From Luteimonas sp. (GTDB lineage: Bacteria > Pseudomonadota > Gammaproteobacteria > Xanthomonadales > Xanthomonadaceae), in NCBI GenBank assembly GCA_036515815.1, contig DATBUS010000090.1, positions 472 to 64,471 of the forward strand: a DNA stretch of 64,000 nucleotides, given 5' to 3'. Below the pieces are notes generated by a model. The model did no database searches, had not been told where the DNA came from, and saw nothing but the letters and a program-made list of their open reading frames with translations. Positions 18,416-28,901 of this stretch are shown in pieces; the first letter of the stretch is position 1; each line of letters starts with the position of its first letter. The translations under genes and the position numbers were made by a program.

Positions 18416-19164
18416 TTCCCGGAATCGAGATGTTCGCCTGCCAGGACCTGGCGGTGCCTGCCGACGTGATGCAGCACGTGGTGCGCGTGGAATCCTCGTT
18501 CAACCCGTATGCCATCGGGGTGGTGGGCGCACGCCTGGCGCGACAGCCGCGCAGCCTCGAAGAGGCGGTCGCCACCGCGGCGAAGCTCGAGCGGGAAGGC
18601 TACAACTTCTCGATCGGCCTGGCCCAGGTCAACAGGTACAACCTCGCCGCGCAGGGCCTCGACAGCTACGAAGAGGCGTTCTCCGCCTGTCCCAACCTCG
18701 CTGCGGGCGCCCGCATTCTGGCCGACTGCCGCAACCGCGCGGACCGCGACTGGGGCAAAGCGTTCAGCTGCTACTACTCGGGTGACTTCGAGCGTGGCTT
18801 CAGGGATGGCTATGTGCAGAAGGTGCACGCATCGATCCAGGCCGCGGGCCAGGAGGCGATCCATTCCGTGCCAACGCTACCGCTCAGTGTGATCGCCTCC
18901 GGAGCCGCGGTCCATTCGCCGATCGCGAGCCTTCGTGAAAGGCGCGGCCTGTCTTCCGCCGGTACCACGGGCGGGACCGCGGCAAGCTCCGTGGCGCACG
19001 AACAGGACGACGCGCATGCCGCCGCGATGCGCCCGCACGACAGCCCGTTCGTGCCAAGGGTGACCGGACCCGAACCGCCAGGAGCCGGGATACCGGGCCA
19101 CGCTCCGGGAGTGCAGGGTCGGTCCCGCGATCGGGAAAAGACAGACTCCGCCTTCGTCTTTTGA
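18412..19164 (+). CDS. virB1: T4SS lytic transglycosylase VirB1
   Basis: VVRVESSFNPYAI, SIGLAQVN, AFSCYYSG; C-terminal extension ending DSAFVF; SD GGAGG before ATG 18412. Confidence 0.93.
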   Translation: MIPGIEMFACQDLAVPADVMQHVVRVESSFNPYAIGVVGARLARQPRSLEEAVATAAKLEREGYNFSIGLAQVNRYNLAAQGLDSYEEAFSACPNLAAGARILADCRNRADRDWGKAFSCYYSGDFERGFRDGYVQKVHASIQAAGQEAIHSVPTLPLSVIASGAAVHSPIASLRERRGLSSAGTTGGTAASSVAHEQDDAHAAAMRPHDSPFVPRVTGPEPPGAGIPGHAPGVQGRSRDREKTDSAFVF

Positions 19165-19211
19165 CCACCGCCGCAACGGAAGCGGCATACCGCCAACAAC
19201 AAGGACGTCTC

Positions 19212-19604
19212 ATGAAAACCCGATGCAACGCACATCCGTCCCTCCGCCGCATCCGGCGCCGCCGGCATCTCGGCCCCGCGTCCTTCCTGGTCGCAGCACT
19301 CGCCTCCGGACCGGTGGTCGTGCTCGGGCAGGCTTTCGGCGGGGCCGATGCAAAGGTCTGCGGCTTCTTCGACAACGTCAACGGCCTGCTCAACATGGCT
19401 TCGATCGCCGTGGTGACCATCGCGATCATCTTCGCGGGTTACCAGATCGCCTTCGCCCACAAGCGGATCTCCGACGTCGCGCCGATCCTGGTGGGCGGAC
19501 TCCTGATCGGTGCCGCTGCGCAGATCGCCCGCATGCTCCTGGGCCCCGAGGCTGGCGAGTGCACGGCCATGCTCGAAGCCATACTGCCGGTGTCGCATGC
19601 GTAA
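19212..19604 (+). CDS. virB2: T4SS major pilin VirB2
   Basis: KVCGFF...two hydrophobic helices...GYQIAFAHKR...AAQIA...GECT; SD AAGGA. Confidence 0.9.
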   Translation: MKTRCNAHPSLRRIRRRRHLGPASFLVAALASGPVVVLGQAFGGADAKVCGFFDNVNGLLNMASIAVVTIAIIFAGYQIAFAHKRISDVAPILVGGLLIGAAAQIARMLLGPEAGECTAMLEAILPVSHA

Positions 19605-19902
19605 GGATGTCCTCTTCCGGGGCTGCACGCGGCCAGCGATGTTCATGGGTGTGCCCTACGTGCCGTTCTTCATCGGCGCGGGGGCGTGCCTGCTGCTCGC
19701 CGTCTACGTGAACCTGTTGTTGCTTGTGCTGATGCCCTTGGTCATCCTCGCGATGCGCCAAATGGCACGGCGCGACGAGATGGTCTTCCGGCTGCTGGGA
19801 TTGCGCTGGCAAATGCTTGCGCGGGTCCGCAACCGCCACCTTCGTGGAGGCGACTGGTCGTTCGCGCCTGTCGCGGGAAGGGCCATCGGGGAGCAGGGAT
19901 GA
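19597..19902 (+). CDS. virB3: T4SS VirB3
   Basis: LFRGCTRPAMFMGVP, two TMs, RDEMVFRLLGL. Confidence 0.93.
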   Translation: MRKDVLFRGCTRPAMFMGVPYVPFFIGAGACLLLAVYVNLLLLVLMPLVILAMRQMARRDEMVFRLLGLRWQMLARVRNRHLRGGDWSFAPVAGRAIGEQG

Positions 19903-22364
19903 GCCCGAGGCCTGCCCTCGCACCCGATGCACCAGTGGCCGGGCTCGTGCCGCTGTCGAGTCATGTCGCGGAAGACGTGGTGAAGACCACGGGAGGTGAC
20001 TACCTGGTGGCATGGCAACTCGGCGGGCTTCCCTTCGTCGGCCGTGAGGAATGGGACCTCGAACACCGCCATGCGACGTTCAACCGCATGTTGCAGACCC
20101 TGCGTGCCCCGGATTTCGCGAATGTCGCCTTCTGGACGCACGATGTCCGCAGAAAACGGCGCATCCGCGGCGGCGGGTGCTTCGCCAACGCTTTCAACCA
20201 GACGCTCTCCGACGCCTATTTCGGGAAGCTGTCGGGCAAGGAGACGCTCCAGAACGACCTCTTCCTGACCATGATCTACCGACCGGTCGTCGCGGGCCGC
20301 GGGTTGATGGAGCGGTCGGCAGATCTCGAGAGACTGATGGCCGCGGAGCGCCAGGCCGTCGCCCGACTGCGTGAGCTTGCAGGCAACGTCGAGGCGGTGC
20401 TCCGCGATTACTCGCCGCGGCGCCTCTGCATGTACCAGCGCGATAACGGCATCGTCTTCTCGGAAGTGCTGGAGCTTTACGGCTACGTGCTCAACCGGCT
20501 CGATGAACCTGTTCCGGTTCTGTCGGCGCCGATCGCGGACTACCTCGCAGTAAGTCGGCACACCTTCTCTTCCAGGTCCGGCGACTTCGTTATCGCCCCG
20601 CCGACGGGCAAGCACCAGTACGGTGCGATCCTGAATATCAAGGAGTACACCGACGCGACCTGGCCCGGGATCCTGAACGGATTGAAGTTCCTCGGCTTCG
20701 AGTACGTGCTCACGCAGTCGTTCAGCCCGATGGGGCGCCAGGACGCCCTGCGGGCCCTCGACCGGACCAAGGGGATGATGGTCTCTTCCGGCGACCGCGC
20801 AGTGAGCCAGATCGCCGAACTCGACCAGGCCATGGACCAGCTGGCCTCGGGAAATTTCGTGCTGGGCGAGTACCACTTCTCGCTTGCGGTCCACGCCGAC
20901 ACCCAGGAAGCACTTTCACAATGTGTCGCACAGGCCCGGGCCGAGCTTTCCAACGCCGGATTCGTTTCAGCCAAGGAGGATCTCGCGGTCGCCCCCGCGT
21001 TCTACGCACAGCTGCCCGCCAACTGGCGGTTCCGGACGCGGTTCGCAAACGTGAGTTCGCTGAATTTCCTCGGGCTTTCTCCGCTTCATAACTTCGCCAG
21101 CGGGAAACAGTCGGGCAATCCCTGGGGTGAGTGCGTAACGACACTCCAGGCAAGCAACGGCCAACCGTACTACTTCAATTTCCACGCCACGCACCCGGCT
21201 GAAGACTCGCAGGGTGAGAAGGCACTGGGGAACACGCTGGTCATCGGCAAGTCCGGAACCGGAAAGACCGCGCTCGTGAACTTTCTGCTGGCACAGACCC
21301 AGAAACTCGATCCGCCGCCAGCGGTGTTCTTCTTCGACAAGGACCGCGGTGCCGAGATCTTCGTCCGGGCATGTGGTGGCACGTACCTGGCGCTGGAGGC
21401 CGGGAGGCCGACCGGCTTCAATCCGCTGCAGTGCGAACGTACCGACGCCAACCTGCAGTTCCTGGCCGAGCTGGTGAAGCTGCTTGCAGGAAAGGCCGAG
21501 TACACGGCGCGCGAGGAGGAGGACATCTTCCGCGCCGTCGCTGGCGTCATGGATGCACCCATGCACCTGCGCAGCATGGCAAACCTGCAGAAGAGCCTTC
21601 CGAACATGGGCGAGGACGGTCTTTACGCACGGCTGCGCAAGTGGACCGGCGGGCACAGCCTGGGTTGGGTCTTCGACAATCCGGTCGACACCATCGACCT
21701 GGACCGGGCGAACATCATCGGGTTCGACTACACCGACATCCTGGAGAATTCCGAGGTCAGGGTTCCGGTTGTCCGCTACCTGCTGCATCGCCTTGAAGGA
21801 ATCATCGACGGGCGCCGCCTGGTGTACGTGATGGACGAGTTCTGGAAGATCCTCGACGGTGGCGGGGCGCTCAAGGAATTCGCCCGCAACAAGCAGAAGA
21901 CGATCCGCAAGCAGAACGGCCTGGGGATCTTCGCCACGCAGAGCCCGGAAGACGCGCTGGCGAGTGACATCGCTGCGGCGCTCGTCGAGCAGACCGCGAC
22001 CCTGGTGCTTTTGCCCAATCCGAATGCCAGCCGGAAGGACTACGTCGAGGGGCTGAAACTCACCGAGGCCGAATACCGTGTCGTCGTGGCGCTGGATGAG
22101 CGTTCACGCAGTTTCCTCGTCAAGCAGGGACACGCCTCCGCGGTCTGCAAGCTGGATCTCGATGGCCTCGATGATGTCCTCGCCGTGATTTCCGCGTCCA
22201 CCGACAACATCGGAGTGATGCACGAAGTGATCGCCAGTCAGGCCGCGTCGCTGGGAGTCGCGCAGGATGCGCTGGTTCCTGCGGACTGGCTGGAGACGTT
22301 CCACGCTGCACGCAAGGAGCGGCGCGCGGCTCATAAGGCGGCTGAAGGAACCAGGCCGGTTTGA
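19899..22364 (+). CDS. virB4: T4SS ATPase VirB4
   Basis: Walker A GKSGTGKT, FDKDRG, Walker B VMDEFW, IRKQNG, FATQS. Confidence 0.97.
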   Translation: MSPRPALAPDAPVAGLVPLSSHVAEDVVKTTGGDYLVAWQLGGLPFVGREEWDLEHRHATFNRMLQTLRAPDFANVAFWTHDVRRKRRIRGGGCFANAFNQTLSDAYFGKLSGKETLQNDLFLTMIYRPVVAGRGLMERSADLERLMAAERQAVARLRELAGNVEAVLRDYSPRRLCMYQRDNGIVFSEVLELYGYVLNRLDEPVPVLSAPIADYLAVSRHTFSSRSGDFVIAPPTGKHQYGAILNIKEYTDATWPGILNGLKFLGFEYVLTQSFSPMGRQDALRALDRTKGMMVSSGDRAVSQIAELDQAMDQLASGNFVLGEYHFSLAVHADTQEALSQCVAQARAELSNAGFVSAKEDLAVAPAFYAQLPANWRFRTRFANVSSLNFLGLSPLHNFASGKQSGNPWGECVTTLQASNGQPYYFNFHATHPAEDSQGEKALGNTLVIGKSGTGKTALVNFLLAQTQKLDPPPAVFFFDKDRGAEIFVRACGGTYLALEAGRPTGFNPLQCERTDANLQFLAELVKLLAGKAEYTAREEEDIFRAVAGVMDAPMHLRSMANLQKSLPNMGEDGLYARLRKWTGGHSLGWVFDNPVDTIDLDRANIIGFDYTDILENSEVRVPVVRYLLHRLEGIIDGRRLVYVMDEFWKILDGGGALKEFARNKQKTIRKQNGLGIFATQSPEDALASDIAAALVEQTATLVLLPNPNASRKDYVEGLKLTEAEYRVVVALDERSRSFLVKQGHASAVCKLDLDGLDDVLAVISASTDNIGVMHEVIASQAASLGVAQDALVPADWLETFHAARKERRAAHKAAEGTRPV

Positions 22365-22384
22365 ATCAACCCAGGGAGCGGGAC

Positions 22385-23125
22385 ATGGACGACAGGGAAG
22401 TCGACAGGGGAGGGACGCCACTCAGGTGGCTGGCGGGCACGGTGCTGGTGCTGTGTGGCGGCTTGGCGACGGGTCCGGTGTCCGCGCAATGGGCGGTGGT
22501 GGACTTGCCGCATACCATCAAGACCGCGCTGGGCTGGGTGGCGCAATACCAGCAGATGATCGAGGACTACAAGCAGCAGGTCGAGCAGCTGCGGTCGCTC
22601 GAACGCCAGTACGAACAGGGACTCGTCACGGGTGACGCCTATGCCGGTGACAGCGGCTACCGCGAGAACTTCGTGCCGCTCGACATCGACACCGGCGTGG
22701 ACAGACGCTGTGGGACGGCCTCGGGCAGGCAGCCGAAGGGTGCCGAGCTGCACGCCCACTGCGTCTCCATCGTGCGCACGGAGAACCGGCGATTCAACGC
22801 CCTGGTCGCGATGCTCGACGACGTCGACAAGCGCGACGAGGAGTTGCGCGCTGCCTACGCGGAACGGGGCGCCATCCGGCCCGAGGAGGAGGGCAGGCTC
22901 GCCTCGAATACCAACCGGATCCTGTCCATCCAGGGTCAACTGCAGAACGACGTCCAGAGCGGCGAGCGGCTGATGTCGGCGTACGACAGTGCGCTGCAGA
23001 CCTTGCGGGACAGCCATGTGCGTCTTGCGAACGAGGCCCTCCAGGAAGCGCCCGCCGGGGGCGAGCTGGTCCAGGGCGCCATGCTGAAAGTGGCGCTGAG
23101 GGCGGCGCGAGAGCGCGAGCGCTAG
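22385..23125 (+). CDS. virB5: T4SS minor pilin VirB5-like protein
   Basis: Signal peptide (VSA|QWAVVD), coiled-coil QYQQMIEDYKQQ, two Cys; lies between virB4 and virB6. Start could be 22361. Confidence 0.8.
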   Translation: MDDREVDRGGTPLRWLAGTVLVLCGGLATGPVSAQWAVVDLPHTIKTALGWVAQYQQMIEDYKQQVEQLRSLERQYEQGLVTGDAYAGDSGYRENFVPLDIDTGVDRRCGTASGRQPKGAELHAHCVSIVRTENRRFNALVAMLDDVDKRDEELRAAYAERGAIRPEEEGRLASNTNRILSIQGQLQNDVQSGERLMSAYDSALQTLRDSHVRLANEALQEAPAGGELVQGAMLKVALRAARERER

Positions 23126-23134
23126 GAGCCCACG

Positions 23135-24139
23135 ATGGCGATCGAGAGCATGATCTCGCTGGCCGGGGCCGGTTTCGACTGGATGCAGGCGCAGACTCTG
23201 CCCAACATGATCTTCTTCCAGGAGATCAACGGCTTCCTCGACGACGAGATCGGTGAGTTCGCCGGCAACCTCCTGGGCCGCGTTGTCACCGTGGCCGGCA
23301 GCGCGGCGCTCACGCTCCTGACCCTTTGGATCCTGGTCCAGGGATACCGCATCGCCACCGGCCTGTCGCGCGAGCCGATGATGGCGCTGGTTGGCGATGC
23401 CCTGAAGGCCGTGCTGGTAATCGGCATCGCCACCGGCGCGGCCGCGGGCGCGGGTTCGACATACCGCCTGCTGACCGACGGCCTCGGCGAAACCGTGTCG
23501 CAGGTCGTGACCGGGCGGGATGACGGAGGCCCCTACGAAGACATCGACCGCGTCCTGGCCATCATGCAGGTAGCGCTCACCCTGATCGACTCCATCGACC
23601 ACGGTGGCGACATGCTGACCGAACAGCGCAAGACCCGCGCCATGTGGTTCGCGGGCACCGGACTCGGCGGGCCGGCGATGATTGCGGCAGGGATGCTGCT
23701 GCTCAACAAGGTCGCCATCGCGCTCGTCGTCGGGTTCGGGCCGATCTTCATCCTGTGCCTCCTGTTCCGGTCCACACGGCAGCTTTTCAGCAAGTGGCTC
23801 TACTACGGGCTGGGCACGTTGTTCTCGTTGGCGCTCCTGACCGTCATGACCACGCTCGCCATGGACATGTTGATCGCAGTCGGCATGGCGTTCTGGGTCG
23901 CGGACTGGGTCATGGCGACCCCGCAGGAGAGCCTGACCGCGATGGCGATGCAGCAAGGTGGCATGGGCGTGATCCTGACAATGCTCATCGTCAGTGCACC
24001 GCCGATGGCGGCCATGTTCTTCAACGGCGTCCTGGGCCAGTTCTCGCCGTACAACGCGGTGGGCATGGCGACGGGTGGCGGACCGGCACCCCCGCCAGGG
24101 TCCGGGCTGCCGCCGGGCGTCGCAGGGCGGGCCGGGTGA
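23135..24139 (+). CDS. virB6: T4SS VirB6 (TrbL/VirB6 family)
   Basis: Multi-TM protein; GFGPIFILCLLF...FSKWL; QQGGMGVILT...PPMAAMFF.GVLG.F. Confidence 0.92.
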   Translation: MAIESMISLAGAGFDWMQAQTLPNMIFFQEINGFLDDEIGEFAGNLLGRVVTVAGSAALTLLTLWILVQGYRIATGLSREPMMALVGDALKAVLVIGIATGAAAGAGSTYRLLTDGLGETVSQVVTGRDDGGPYEDIDRVLAIMQVALTLIDSIDHGGDMLTEQRKTRAMWFAGTGLGGPAMIAAGMLLLNKVAIALVVGFGPIFILCLLFRSTRQLFSKWLYYGLGTLFSLALLTVMTTLAMDMLIAVGMAFWVADWVMATPQESLTAMAMQQGGMGVILTMLIVSAPPMAAMFFNGVLGQFSPYNAVGMATGGGPAPPPGSGLPPGVAGRAG

Positions 24140-24154
24140 TTGCCGGTTGCCGCC

Positions 24155-24183
24155 TTTGGCGGCCGGCGCGATTCGGCTAGAAT
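24155..24183 (+). promoter_or_regulatory. Sigma70-type promoter for thrS leader
   Basis: TTTGGC/TTGGCG, 16-17 nt spacer, TAGAAT (24178-24183). Confidence 0.65.
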
Positions 24184-24240
24184 CGGCCGGCATCCCGGGA
24201 GACAGGTGGCCCGCGCCAACGCGCCGGCCGAGCGTGCGAC

Positions 24241-24267
24241 ATGGACACTACCTCCGCCCATTGCTGA
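24241..24267 (+). CDS. Putative thrS leader peptide MDTTSAHC
   Basis: ATG GAC ACT ACC TCC GCC CAT TGC TGA: tandem Thr codons just upstream of alternative antiterminator/terminator helices. SD is weak. Confidence 0.6.
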   Translation: MDTTSAHC

Positions 24268-24312
24268 TACCGCCCGCAGCCGATCCGGAAGGCGCCTGCG
24301 TGGCGCCTTTTT
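24263..24312 (+). promoter_or_regulatory. Transcription attenuator (antiterminator/terminator) upstream of thrS
   Basis: Terminator AAGGCGCC-TGCGT-GGCGCCTT+TTT (24289-24312); CGCCCGCAG (24271-24279) can pair with CTGCGTGGCG (24296-24305), 9 bp with one bulge. Confidence 0.7.
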
Positions 24313-24369
24313 CATGCTCCAGCGGCGGCCTGCGCCGCCCGCCGAATCCAGAAGACACCCCGCCCCGCC

Positions 24370-26274
24370 ATGATCACCATCACGCTCCCCGACGGCAGCC
24401 GCCGCGAGTTCGAATCCCCCGTCACCGTCATGCAGGTGGCCGAGTCGATCGGCCCGGGCCTGGCCAAGGCCACCGTGGCCGGCAAGGTCGACGGCCGCCA
24501 GGTCGATGCCTCGGACCTCATCGACCATGACGCCAGCCTGCAGATCCTCACCCCGAAGGATGCCGAGGGGGTGGAGATCATCCGCCACTCCTGCGCCCAC
24601 CTGGTGGGGCACGCGGTCAAGCAGCTCTATCCCGATGCCAAGATGGTGATCGGCCCGGTGATCGAGGACGGTTTCTACTACGACATCTGGCGCGCGCAGC
24701 CGTTCACGCCCGACGACCTGGCGGCGATCGAGGCGCGCATGCGCGAGCTGATCGACACCGAATACGACGTCATCAAGCGCATGACCCCGCGCGACGAGGT
24801 GGTCGAGACCTTCAAGGCGCGCGGCGAGGACTACAAGCTGCGCCTGATCGAGGACGTGGGGCCCGAGGTCACGGCCATGGGCCTCTACCACCACCAGGAA
24901 TACGTGGACATGTGCCGCGGCCCGCACGTGCCGAACACGCGCTTCCTCAAGGCCTTCAAGCTGCTGCGCACGTCGGGCGCCTACTGGCGCGGCGATGCAA
25001 AGAACGAGCAGCTGCAGCGCATCTACGGCACGGCCTGGGCCGACGCCAAGCAGCTCAAGGCCTACGTGCAGCGCATCGAGGAGGCGGAGAAGCGCGACCA
25101 CCGCCGCATCGGCAAGCAGCAGGACCTGTTCCACCTGCAGGAAGAGGCGCCGGGCCTGGTGTTCTGGCACCCCAAGGGCTGGGCGCTGTGGCAGGTGGTG
25201 GAGCAGTACATGCGTGGCGTGTACCGCGACAGCGGCTATGGCGAGGTGCGCTGCCCGCAGATCCTGGACGTGAGCCTGTGGCAGAAGTCGGGCCACTGGG
25301 ACAACTACAAGGAGAACATGTTCTTCACCGAGTCCGAGAAGCGGACCTACGCGGTGAAGCCCATGAACTGCCCGGGGCACGTGCAGGTGTTCAACCAGGG
25401 CCTGCACAGCTACCGCGACCTGCCCATCCGCTACGGCGAGTTCGGCAGCTGCCACCGCAACGAGCCCTCGGGCGCGCTGCACGGCATCCTGCGCGTGCGC
25501 GGCTTCACCCAGGACGACGGCCATGTGTTCTGCACCGAGGCCCAGATCGAGTCCGAGGTCACCGCCTTCCACGCCCAGGCGATGAAGGTCTACCAGGACT
25601 TCGGCTTCGGCGAGGTGCAGGTCAAGCTGGCGCTGCGCCCGGATTCGCGGCTGGGCGACGATGCCACCTGGGACAAGGCCGAGGCCGCGCTTCGCGGCGC
25701 GTTGTCGGCGGCCGGCGTCGAGTGGCAGGAACTGCCGGGCGAGGGCGCCTTCTATGGCCCCAAGATCGAGTACCACCTGAAGGACGCGATCGGCCGCACC
25801 TGGCAGCTGGGCACCATGCAGGTCGATTTCATGATGCCCGGCCGCCTGGGCGCCGAGTACGTGGACGAGCACAGCCAGAAGCGCACGCCGGTCATGCTGC
25901 ACCGCGCCATCGTGGGCTCGATGGAGCGCTTCATCGGCATCCTGATCGAGAACCATGCCGGCGCCTTCCCGGCCTGGCTGGCCCCGGTGCAGGCGGTGGT
26001 GATGAATATCACCGACGCCCAGGCCGACTGGGCCGCCGAAATCCGTAAAACCCTTGTGGATCAAGGGCTCAGGGTGGAATCGGATTTGCGGAACGAGAAG
26101 ATCGGCTATAAGATCCGCGAGCACACGCTTGCGCGCGTGCCGTACCTGCTCGTGGTGGGGGACCGCGAGAAGGAACAGGGGGCGGTCGCGGTGCGGACGC
26201 GGGCCGGGGAAGACCTGGGCTCGATGCCGCTCGCCGACTTCACGGCCCGTCTGCACGCGGAACAGGGTCCCTGA
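24370..26274 (+). CDS. thrS: Threonine--tRNA ligase
   Basis: TGS domain [46 protein letters not shown]. Confidence 0.99.
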   Translation: MITITLPDGSRREFESPVTVMQVAESIGPGLAKATVAGKVDGRQVDASDLIDHDASLQILTPKDAEGVEIIRHSCAHLVGHAVKQLYPDAKMVIGPVIEDGFYYDIWRAQPFTPDDLAAIEARMRELIDTEYDVIKRMTPRDEVVETFKARGEDYKLRLIEDVGPEVTAMGLYHHQEYVDMCRGPHVPNTRFLKAFKLLRTSGAYWRGDAKNEQLQRIYGTAWADAKQLKAYVQRIEEAEKRDHRRIGKQQDLFHLQEEAPGLVFWHPKGWALWQVVEQYMRGVYRDSGYGEVRCPQILDVSLWQKSGHWDNYKENMFFTESEKRTYAVKPMNCPGHVQVFNQGLHSYRDLPIRYGEFGSCHRNEPSGALHGILRVRGFTQDDGHVFCTEAQIESEVTAFHAQAMKVYQDFGFGEVQVKLALRPDSRLGDDATWDKAEAALRGALSAAGVEWQELPGEGAFYGPKIEYHLKDAIGRTWQLGTMQVDFMMPGRLGAEYVDEHSQKRTPVMLHRAIVGSMERFIGILIENHAGAFPAWLAPVQAVVMNITDAQADWAAEIRKTLVDQGLRVESDLRNEKIGYKIREHTLARVPYLLVVGDREKEQGAVAVRTRAGEDLGSMPLADFTARLHAEQGP

Positions 26275-26363
26275 GTATCATATAGCCCGGTGCCTGCCAC
26301 GCGGCAGGTACCGTGGGTCCCGGAAGTGGACCCGCCAGAAGTGCCACCCACGGAGATTGCAAT

Positions 26364-26885
26364 ATCAGTACCCCGGACAAGCAGAACCGCAGGAACCTCG
26401 AAATCCGCGTACCCCGCGTACGCGTGATCGGATCGGACGGCGAGATGATCGGCGTGCTTTCGCGCGACGAAGCCATCGCCATGGCCGAAGAAGAAGGACT
26501 GGACCTCGTCGAGATCCAGCCCAATGCCGATCCGCCGGTCTGCAAGATCATGGACTTCGGCAAGTTCCGCTTCGAGGCGCAGAAGCGCGCCAACGAGGCC
26601 AAGAAGAAGTCCAAGCAGGTCGAGATCAAGGAAGTGAAGTTCCGTCCGGTGACCGACGAGGGCGACTACCAGATCAAGCTGCGCAAGATGCGCGGCTTCC
26701 TGGAGGAAGGCGACAAGATCAAGGTCAACATCCGCTTCCGTGGCCGTGAAATGAGCCACCAGGAGCTGGGCCGCGGCATGGCCGCGCGCATCGAGGCCGA
26801 CCTGGGCGAGGACATCGTGATCGAGTCCCGGCCGCGCCTGGAAGGTCGCCAGATGGTCATGATGATCGCGCCTAAGAAGAAGTAG
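26364..26885 (+). CDS. infC: Translation initiation factor IF-3 (non-canonical ATC start)
   Basis: [35 protein letters not shown]; SD GGAG upstream of the in-frame ATC at 26364. Confidence 0.95.
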   Translation: MSTPDKQNRRNLEIRVPRVRVIGSDGEMIGVLSRDEAIAMAEEEGLDLVEIQPNADPPVCKIMDFGKFRFEAQKRANEAKKKSKQVEIKEVKFRPVTDEGDYQIKLRKMRGFLEEGDKIKVNIRFRGREMSHQELGRGMAARIEADLGEDIVIESRPRLEGRQMVMMIAPKKK

Positions 26886-26945
26886 GGCCGCCGCGCGCCG
26901 GCTGGCGCGCGTGGGTCGCCCTTCCGGCGGCCCGGATTCCCGGAT

Positions 26946-26975
26946 TTGCAGACACCGCCTCCGGCCGTGCATAAT
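26946..26975 (+). promoter_or_regulatory. Candidate sigma70 promoter for rpmI-rplT
   Basis: TTGCAG, 18 nt spacer, CATAAT. Confidence 0.5.
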
Positions 26976-27129
26976 GCGCGGCTCGGTCCGCGTGTTCGTC
27001 GCGCGGTCCGGTTGGACCCGCTCCGCGGCCTTCGGGCCCCGGGGCCATCAGACCGGCAAGGGCAGGACGGAAAGCGTGGCGCAGGCCACCGCCCGGGCCA
27101 GTAGCGAAGCACCCACAAGGACACCAGCA

Positions 27130-27327
27130 ATGCCCAAGATCAAGACGCATCGGGGCGCGGCCAAGCGCTTCCGGAAGACCGCTTCCGGCAAGTACAAGGC
27201 GGGCCATGCCAACCGCAGCCACATCCTGACCAAGAAGGCGACGAAGCGTAAGCGCAACCTCCGCCAGACGAACCACATCCCGGCGTGCGACTCCGGTCGT
27301 CTCGACCGCATGCTGCCGTATCTCTGA
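27130..27327 (+). CDS. rpmI: 50S ribosomal protein L35
   Basis: [17 protein letters not shown]...HILTKK. Confidence 0.99.
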   Translation: MPKIKTHRGAAKRFRKTASGKYKAGHANRSHILTKKATKRKRNLRQTNHIPACDSGRLDRMLPYL

Positions 27328-28857
<1,530 letters not shown>

Positions 28858-28901
28858 CGCACGCGCGTCGGCTCCCTCGATCCTGCCCCCAGGGTGAAGC
28901 G

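Noticed and set aside
13881-24240. T4SS as part of an ICE or conjugative element
   Set aside because: No relaxase, coupling protein, integrase, oriT-like region or flanking direct repeats seen; the gene order is the chromosomal X-T4SS type.
24289-24309. thrS hairpin as an E. coli-type tRNA-Thr anticodon mimic (loop contains CGT)
   Set aside because: The loop register does not match an anticodon loop, the hairpin is ~60 nt from the start codon and it is followed by a U-tract; attenuation explains it better, though a dual role is not excluded.
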